A DNA stretch of 63,195 nucleotides, the filler included, from Conidiobolus incongruus B7586 (lineage: Eukaryota): assembly GCA_000697335.1 (NCBI GenBank). It is 26 parts of 26 records of this genome, joined end to end, with 100 filler letters (N's around TTAATTAATTAA, not from the genome) between each part and the next. Parts side by side here need not be neighbours in the genome. Positions count along the whole stretch, not along the records: positions 52,870 to 54,125 come from JNEM01004684.1; positions 54,226 to 60,507 come from JNEM01004687.1; positions 60,608 to 61,638 come from JNEM01004700.1; positions 61,739 to 63,195 come from JNEM01004704.1; 22 more parts are not named here. One strand, 5' to 3'. Shown here in pieces: positions 54,075 through 63,195 of the stretch. The position numbers and the translations under genes are program-made. Each line of letters starts with the position of its first letter. Positions within the stretch are counted from its first letter, which is position 1. The notes beneath the pieces were generated by a model, which was given only the letters and a program-made list of their open reading frames with translations, ran no database searches and was not told the origin of the DNA.

Positions 54075-54580
54075 TAATTCTATTTATTAAAATATTATAA
54101 AATAATTTTTATTATAAAAATTATTNNNNNNNNNNNNNNNNNNNNNNNNNNNNNNNNNNNNNNNNNNNNTTAATTAATTAANNNNNNNNNNNNNNNNNNN
54201 NNNNNNNNNNNNNNNNNNNNNNNNNTATAATTTTTCTTTATATTCTATTCAATCAATAGTTTTATATTAATTATATTGAAAATTATAGTGTTTTACCATA
54301 TTTGAATATTTAATTTTAATTAAATTTAGTGAAAATTTAAAAATAATATTTAACCTCCTATTTTAATCTTTGAAAAAATTAAATTCGTAATATAAAATTA
54401 TATATATAAAATATATTAATTTTAAAATAAATTTTAAATACTATTATAATTATTTTAAAATATTTAGTATATTTTTATCACTTTGGTTAAATATTTTTAA
54501 TAATATTAAATTAAACAAAGTAATAGAAATTATATACACTCTTATTTAATATATTTCAAATTTAAATATTTATTGCTTTA

Positions 54581-54953
54581 TATAAATAAATAATAAGTTA
54601 AGGGAGAGGAAGTAAGTTTCTTAATATTTTAAGAAATATATAATAACTAGATCCTTCAATATTAAGTTATTAACTAATAATAATAATAAATATATTAATA
54701 GTTAGGCAAAAAGGTTTGTTTATGTAAAAAATAATATAAGGTTAAAAACCCCTTGTTTAAGAAAAAAATCCCAGTTTTTCTTATAGCTAAATGAAATATA
54801 TATGCATAAATATATAAAACTAAATAATGATAAGGCTATTCAGATATAGATTTCTAAAATATTTATAAAACCTAATTTGGATAATTAGGTCTTTTATAAT
54901 AAATTAAAATAAGAAAAGATATTAATTAAATAGCAATTATCACAATACTTATA
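54581..54953 (-). repeat. 3' LTR of G1
   Basis: Alignable end to end with 59795-60180. Termini TATA...TATA are consistent with mutated TGTA...TACA. Confidence 0.85.
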
Positions 54954-57900
54954 GTACCTTTAAACTATATTAAGTTATTAGCATTGCTTTACTCTCTTTT
55001 AAATTTTTATTATAGGATAGATTTATTTAAGTGTTTTTAATTATTTCAAATGGTTCTTAAGTTGACTTATAATTAAAATAACTTAATTATTTTATAAAAT
55101 AATAAGGTTTTACTATATATTATTTTATGAACAAGAATTTTATTGATATAATATTTTTTATCCTCTTGATTGTTAATAATAGGTAATGGAGGTTCTTTAA
55201 AATTTTAATAAGGAAACTAATCTTTAAGATAATGGTATAGTTTTAACAATAAGTTATAAAAGATTAAATAATATTTATTAATTTTTAATAACTCTAATTC
55301 AAAATTTCTAGGTTGAGAGCTAGTATTAAGGATATAAAATGTTTTAATCTATTATAGTAAAAGCTTGGAATTTGTGTTGTTTCTAGATATTTGTTTGATA
55401 AAAGGTATATTTGTTATATTTAAAAGGACTAAGGATTTAAATTTACATTCAGGTTGAGTTTTATAGAATTGTAAATAATAATTTTTATTGTAGATTTATT
55501 TCAACTTAGTTTTCAAACTATTTGGTGGATTAATTCAATTCTTTTTAATTTATCCATAATAAACTTATTGGTGATAATATCTAAATTAAAGCTTATTAAT
55601 AAGATAAGATATTAGTTATAATTTATAAAATAATGAGTTAAACTACTAAACCTATTACCTAAATTATTATAAAGAGATTGTAAAAAAGATAAGATATATT
55701 TTTAATTATTTTAATCAAAATTAATATAACTTTTAACTTTTTTTTTAAAGTCTTAATGAATTTTTTTAATTAGTTGATTTGATTAATGATGATAAATAAT
55801 ACTAAGTTTCATATTAATATCTATATATTATATGAAAGTTTTTTAGAGTTTTAAAATAAATTTAAGATCTCTATTAGTGATAATAGTAATAGGTAATTTA
55901 TATAATAAAATTACCTTTTTAATTAATAAGTCAGCTATTTTAAATATTGTTATTATTTTATAGGTAGGAATAAAATAAGGAAATCTGCTATATAAGTCAA
56001 CAACTACCAAGATATTATCATAGCCTTTTTTAAACTTAAGTATTTCTATAAAGTTAAGTTATATATAAGCTTAAAGTTTAGATAATAAATGTAAGGAATT
56101 CAATTCACCAATTATTTTATTAATATTATATCTATTCCTTTAACAGTTATCTTAAAATTTACAATAACTTCTTACCAATTTAATTAATTTTGGTATATAA
56201 TATTTTGCTTGAACTTTATCAATAAATTGTATTTAGCTCTAATATTCTTTTAATTTATTTTTATAAAATTGTTCTAAAACTTCAATCAAAGCTTAAAGAT
56301 ATCTAAAATATATAATTTATTATATTTATATAATATAATATTTAATATTTAGAATCCTTTATATTTAAAGAGCTTTTTCTTATTAGTCTCTTTTATTTTA
56401 GCTCTAATCATTAAATAAAAGCTATTAAATTATAGTATTTCTTTTGAAATATAATAAAAGTCTTTATTATTTAAGGTAATAATTGTTAAGTTAATTTCAA
56501 TTAGTTCTTTACACTCATTATATACTAGTATATAAATTAAATTTCTACCCAATATATTTACAACTTTATTTAACTTATTAGAAAAATATTTAATTAATAA
56601 TAAATACTCCTAGATAATCTTTATTTTTCTAATTTATCTTTTAGATAGGTGTTTTTATGAATTTAAGTTAATAAATGATTTATAATTGCTTATGAATAAA
56701 TACTCTTGATGGAACAACCAAAAATAAATATTTTTTATAATTTCTATTGATTCAAGCATTTCTTAATTATATATAAGATAATTTTATTCAATAAACAATA
56801 ATTTTCTGAATTAGAATATTAAAGGCTTAAGATTGAAATACTTAAAAACCTTTTGGTACTTATTTATCTATTTTAAGATTTTAAAATGGTTATACTTCTT
56901 AAAATTTTTAGTAATTTTGCTTTATGTTATTTAATTACTTATGATATAAGTAGATACTTTTATGAACACAAATATTGGTAATTCAAGGTTAAATATGGTA
57001 AATATTAAAGCTATAGTAATTTTATAAATTAGTGTATAAAAAGAAAAAGTTATATTAGAGGTTTAATAAAATAGTTTATCCTTCTTTAATAAGTTAGATA
57101 TAAAACTAATAAGCTTAACAAATATAAGAATATAATTGTTAAAATATATAATTAATCTTAAAAAAGTTATTACTTGATATTAATTGGTAGGGATTATAAT
57201 ATCATATAATCTTTAAAGTTTTGTCAGATTAATAAAATTCCTTTAAAAAAAATAATGTGACAATAAAATAAAAAAGATAAAAGAGCAAAAATATATTTAA
57301 AGAGTTTTACATATAATTAAATTTAATTGAGTATTTGTAAAATAGTTTTTATATGCAAAATATACTTATCAAAAGTGTTTGAATAAACTAAAATATTATT
57401 TAAATAGCACATAACAAATTTATTGTAATATTTGCTAAAAAAACTATTCATAAGTCCTATAAATGTAACAGGTGTGTTATAGAGTTTAAAATTCATAATT
57501 TTAAACTTATAATACCTTAATGTATAATTTATCATGATTAAAAAATACTTTATTTGTTGACTAAGATATTATAATAGCTATTCTTAAAATTTATTATATT
57601 AAATTAGTTTACACCTATAAATTTATTTTTTATTTTTTTTTAAAATAGGTAAAAGAGTTTTAATTTTAATTATTTTACTATTAAGAACTCTATTATATAT
57701 ATACAATCACCAACCTCTAACATATTTTTTAATAAAAAAACTAGTAAATCTTAAAAGCTTGTAAAAGATTATATAAATTTTAATTCAAATAACTTATTAT
57801 TTTGTTCATAAAAAACATTATACTTTTTAAACAAATATGATAAATGGATATATGATAAAGTTTGATATTAAGTAAAAATTTGATTTCTTAAAATATATTT

Positions 57901-59794
57901 CTTTTTATTGGTGAAATGATTAAAATTTTAAAAACATTGTTATATTTATTAATAACTTTATACAATAAGTTTCTAATAACTAAAGTATCTTTTAGATCTT
58001 CTAAAGAAATAGAAATAGTGTTAAAGTTAATATAAACTATATTCGATTGAACTTTTAATTTCATAATTAAATTTATAATTGATATTCTTAAAATATATGT
58101 ATTATTAAAAAAGAACTATTGGTGTCATTTTTTATAATGGAATTAGTTATTAGCTTGTGATTTGACTTATTATTACAAAATAAAAAAATATGCTTATTAA
58201 ATAAACCTTTATTTATATCAATTAGATAATGCTTTTTAACCAACTAAAACTTATCAAGATATTATATTTTATAGAACTTATTATAAATTAGATTCTTTTA
58301 TAATAACCTATCACTAATAAAATATTATAATATAAAAATCCTATGGTAGTCTATTGGGTATTATTTATATATTTCAATATTAAATTTGTTTGATTATAAG
58401 ATAATTTAAATCTCTTGACAATATCTTAATTAATAAGCATATTATTATATCTAGAGTTAAGTAAAAAAATAAAATGTTTGTTTAGAGTATTTTTGAAGAT
58501 TTATAAGGAATACAGCTTGTTTTTATCAAGATCTGATAAATAATAGTTCAAATAAATATTATTGTTTTTTCCTAATAATTTTTGAATGAAATATAAGTTA
58601 TTTAAATATAGTCTCAAAAAGTTAATTATAAGGAATTTTCAACAAATATTTTTTGATATTTTAACCAAATTAAATTAAATTTGAACTAGATTAATTATTA
58701 ATCTATTTATTATTTTCTTTATTATTCATTTAAATATTATTTTTTGAGACTATGTCACTAGAGTTTTTACTATTAGATAGCATTTTAAAGCATTTATTTT
58801 AATAAAAATCTATATTAATTTATCTATAATAGAAGTATTTTTTATTTTTTTTAAATATTATTTTTTTGGTTAAGTGTTTTTTTCCTATATTACAAAGATA
58901 TCTATAGTATTAGAATTAGAAAATTTAAATAGGGAACTATTAAAACCTTTATAGGAGTCCTTATTCATTCTTTTAATATAATTCTTATTATCTTTTACTT
59001 CAACAACTATATTAGTTAAAAGAACAAATCTAGCTATTTTTATATTAATTTTAAAATAAATTACTATAATAATATTAGGCTTGAATACTCTCTTAAATCT
59101 ATTTTTCTTTTTTTTTCAAATTAGTTTAAAATCTTTAAATTAAGCAAATTCTTCTATGAAATTTCTAAATAAAGATTTTTAATTGATCTCTTGTAGCTTA
59201 TTTTATGCTAGATTAATAATATCTAATTAATAAAACCATTATTTGATAATTTGTTTGAGTTGGTTAAATGTTTAGATCTTGTCAAGATAAAAAAAACATT
59301 AATAAAATTAAGTATATCTTTTAAGTGTTTTTATCACTATAGTTTAACATAAGAGTTTAATCTAGAAACTAAAATATTTACTAAACTATATAAATCTAGA
59401 GTCTTAATTTTTTTTAAGAATTTGGTTAGTTTATCTAAAAATACTTTTAATTATTTATAACATTTTAAATTATTATAAATAGTCAGGTTATTTACATAGA
59501 ATTCAACTTTATTAAAGCTTTTTAAAATAGATAATTAGATTCTATAACTATTTATTTTAGCTATCATTTATTATATATAATTAATTTATTAAATTAACTT
59601 TAATTTTAGTTTATACTCAGTAAAGGTACCATTAGTATCAAAAAAACCTTATTAACTAATAGAATGATATTAATTGTTCCTAATTTATTAAATATTCATC
59701 TTATTTTAGTTATTCTTAAAATAATATATTATATTTATAAAATCTTTAACTATAGTAATAAATTACTTTTAGATCTTCTTATCTGCTACTATCA

Positions 59795-60180
59795 TATAGG
59801 TGAATAACAACTGTCAAAATTACAAGAACCAGGTCTTTTAATACTTTAGGAAATATATGATAATTAGATCCTTTAGTATTAAATTATTAATTTATTAATT
59901 AATAATAATAATAAATATATTAATAGTTAAGCAAAAAGGTTTGTATATTTAAGAAGTAATATAAGCTTAAAAGGCCTTTGTTTAAGAGAAGCATCCTAGT
60001 TTTTCTTATAGCTAACTAAAAAATATATATATATAAGTATGCAAGGCTAAGTAATAATAAGTTTCCTCAGATATAGATCTGAAAAATATTAATAAGACCT
60101 AATTTGGATAATTAGATCATTAGTAATGAATTTGAATAAGGAAAATAATCAATTTAGTAACAATTATAATAATACTTATA
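59795..60180 (-). repeat. 5' LTR of G1
   Basis: Alignable with 54581-54953 and followed (minus sense) by the PBS. Confidence 0.85.
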
Positions 60181-60607
60181 TTTTAAGTTTTTTTTATATT
60201 GTATATTAATAGTAATTTCAATTTTATTAAATATTTTATCTTTATTTTTATTTTATTTTATTATTTGTTTAAACAATTTATAATAATAGATTATAATAAT
60301 ATATATGAGATTTTTATATATAAAAAATAATTATTTTGGTATTATTCATAATAAAGTAAAATTAAACAAAATAAAATTATTTTTCAATAATAAATAATTA
60401 TATTTTTGATATCAATATCTTTTTTTAATAATATTAATTCAAAATTCTTAAGCTATTTTTGTGGTTTGAAAATTTATCTTAAAATTAATTAATTAAAATA
60501 TAAATTANNNNNNNNNNNNNNNNNNNNNNNNNNNNNNNNNNNNNNNNNNNNTTAATTAATTAANNNNNNNNNNNNNNNNNNNNNNNNNNNNNNNNNNNNN
60601 NNNNNNN

Positions 60608-61608
60608 TTGATTAAGATAAGTAAATATAGTATTATTATAAAAATATAACAGAAACTATAAAACTGTATAAGAATATTAGTTAACATTAATACTATTATA
60701 TATATTTTATATTAACATAGATAACACTTATATTTTAAGAAAAAATACCTTTAATTAAAGAAATCTTATTATAAAGCTAGATAAAAATTTAAATGTTATT
60801 ATTAATATTAAACTAAAACTAATTAGAATAAGGTTATTTAGTTTAATAAAACAAAAATATTCCTTAGTAAATTTAATAAAAAAGTTAAATACTTTAAAAA
60901 AATACAAAACTACTTTATAACTATTATGTTAATTTTACCCAAAAGTATAATAGTAGATTAACTATTATTTAAGGATATATATTGTCTTTAGGTATAAAAT
61001 ATCTTTATAAAGTTAATAAGGGAATTAATATTATAATATATTAAAGTATTCTAAATAATAAATTAAAAAAAACTATTAAATAATATAAGTTAAATAAATC
61101 TAATATTATTTTCTAGTAAGATAATACCTTATATTATATTATAATTTTTATTACCAAATAGCTTAAAAAAAATAAGATAAGTTATATGTAGTTTTTTAAA
61201 TTTTTTAATTTTAACCTAATTAAACACTTTTAAAATTAGTTCAAAAAAGTTATTAAAGTTTTCCCTTTAATTAAAAATTTAAATTAGTTTTAAGAATATA
61301 TTTAACCAATATAAAATAAAATTAACCTTTTTTAGTATAAGAAGTTAGAAAAGCTAAAGATAAATATATTAAGTTTTAATTTTTTTTATTATTAAAAACC
61401 TATAAATTTATAACTCACCTTAGGTAAAATTTAAAGGTTTATATTTTAACCAATTAATAGCTAAATATTATAATTTAATAATATATATAATTAATAAATA
61501 TAATAGATTTTAAATATTTAATTTAAGTTTATTTCATTAAATATTAATTAAGTTATTAGTAATAATAAAAGTGTTTTTAATTTTATAACTTATTTTTATA
61601 GGTTAGTA
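60608..61608 (+). mobile_element. Tc1 copy (3' two-thirds and right end)
   Basis: Reverse-complement match to 61739-62770, ending TATAGGTTAGTA|TA. Confidence 0.85.
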
Positions 61609-61738
61609 TATAAAAAAATATATATTTAAATTTAAAGANNNNNNNNNNNNNNNNNNNNNNNNNNNNNNNNNNNNNNNNNNNNTTAATTAATTAANNNNNN
61701 NNNNNNNNNNNNNNNNNNNNNNNNNNNNNNNNNNNNNN

Positions 61739-63195
61739 AAAGTAAGTTATAAAATTAAAAATATAAATATTTCTATTAATATTTTAATTAATTCTAATTT
61801 AAATAAACTTATATTAAACTATTTAATTAATATATATTTTTTTATAATATAATATATATAATTAAATTTAATTAATTATTAATTGATATATTAACACTTA
61901 AAGTATATTTAAGATGAGTTATAAATTTACAAGTTTTAATATTAATAGAAAAATTAATATTTAGTATATTTATCTTTTGCTTTTCTAACTTCTTTAAGTT
62001 TGTAGGGTATAAAGTCAACTAGCTTCTTATATTAGGCAGGACTAATATTATTCTAAGCTTCTTAAATATACTTCTAAAGTTAATCTAAATTTTTTGCTAG
62101 GGGGAAAGCTTTAATTGATTTTTTTAGTTGATCCCAAAGATATTCAATTAGGTTAAGATTAAGAGATTGAGGAGGCTATTTCATAATAGTTATTTTGTTA
62201 TTTTTAAGCTATTTAATAGTAGAATTTGTAGTATAACAAGGTGTATTATCTTGTTAGAAAATAATATTTGATTTTTTTAATCTATATCACTTAATAGTTT
62301 TTTTAATTCATTGTTTAGAATACTTTAGTACATCTCAGTATTAATTCCCCTATTAACCCTATAAAGATACCTTATACCTAAAGATAACATATATCCTTAA
62401 ATTATAATTAACTTACCATTATATTTTTGGGTTATAATAACATATTAGTTATAAAGTGGTTTTTTATCTTTTTTGAAATATCTAGCTCTTTTATTAAATT
62501 TATTAAAATATATCTTTGTTTTATTAGACTAAATAACTTTACTTTAGTTAGTTTTAGTTTAACTTTAGCATTGACATTTAAACTCCCACCTAACTTTATA
62601 ATAAAACTTCTTTAATTGGGGGTGTTTTTTTAAAATGTGAGTGGTATCTATTTTAATATAAAGTATATATAATAGTATCAATACTAACTAATATTCTTGT
62701 ATAGTCTTATAATTCTTGTTATACTTCTATAATAGTATTATATTTACCTGTATTAATTAATCTATAAATATACTTTTTATTATATTTATCTATAATCCTA
62801 ACATACTTAAGTTTTAGTTTAGGTGTTTTTTTAACATTGTTTTTAATAACCCTAACTATAATAGATTAGCTAACATTAGTAATTCTAGCAATCTTACAAG
62901 TTGATTTATTTTTATTATAAAGTTGATTAATATATAAGTAAATTTTTTTAGAGAGAGATTTAAACATTATATTATTAATTTTAAAATATTAGCTTAATAG
63001 TTTTATAATATATATAATATAACTAAAGAAAAAAAAGATATATATAAGTTTTATTATTTATACCCTTTTAACTTATAAACCTATAAATTTATAACTCACC
63101 TTAGTTAAATTTTAGGTTTTGATATATTAACCAATAGCTAATATAATATAATTAAATATAGTTAGTTATAATTAATTAATATAGATAAATTATAT
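61739..63195 (-). mobile_element. Tc1-family (DD34E) DNA transposon, least-mutated copy
   Basis: Minus translation gives VI*SNKTK (from VIWSDETK) and F*QDNTPCYT...K*PPQSLNLNLIEYLWD (from FQQDNAPCHT...WPPQSPDLNPIEHLW), with 34 residues between D and E (62130-62260). Long imperfect inverted ends at ~61739-61945 and ~63060-63195. Confidence 0.93.

Larger units (their letters stand above)
54581..60180 (-). mobile_element. Full-length, transition-inactivated Ty3/gypsy chromovirus (family G1)
   Basis: Direct LTRs at 54581-54953 and 59795-60180, with flanks CTTTA/TTTTA as a 5-bp TSD. PBS T[A]GTAGCAGA lies 3 nt inside the 5' LTR and PPT-like AGTTTAAAGGTAC precedes the 3' LTR. Protease LLNSR (from LLDSG, ~58450). 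RT MCYLNNILVYS (from YLDD; ORF 57323-57535). Integrase GYDNILVVVDLYSRF (~56000). Chromodomain YFIK*LSY...ST*EP (~55050-55110). Confidence 0.93.

Noticed and set aside
57323..57535. 70-aa ORF as an active reverse transcriptase
   Set aside because: The catalytic YLDD is mutated to YLNN and the surrounding pol is full of stops.
1653..61738. Recurrent TTAATTAATTAA between N runs, resembling a regularly spaced repeat or CRISPR-like array
   Set aside because: It is an artificial six-frame-stop assembly linker. Gap sizes are nominal, so distances and adjacency across linkers are unverified.
62427..62615. 62-aa ORF (+)
   Set aside because: Antisense to the Tc1 transposase remnant.

Overview
This is very AT-rich eukaryotic genomic DNA, most likely fungal. 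The gene style (class A-like GPCRs, roughly 60-nt GT-AG introns, chromoviruses) suggests an early-diverging, Conidiobolus-like fungus, but that is inference. The window is cut by 25 roughly 100-bp assembly linkers (N-run + TTAATTAATTAA + N-run). Much of it is a graveyard of transposons degraded almost entirely by C>T/G>A transitions (a RIP-like pattern). Reverting those transitions by eye resolves four families: a DD34E Tc1 element with long IR/DR-type ends, a true DD34D mariner (WVPHEL/YSPD-type motifs), and two chromodomain-bearing Ty3/gypsy families. One gypsy copy is full-length with both LTRs, PBS, PPT and target-site duplication (54581-60180). Faint copia-like relics are also present. 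Host gene islands contain an intronless 7TM GPCR-like gene, a GPCR pseudogene, a small putative secreted protein, a three-exon HSF-type transcription factor, an intact thioredoxin and a frameshifted thioredoxin paralogue. All calls were made by manual reading and translation. Repeat boundaries are approximate unless stated otherwise.
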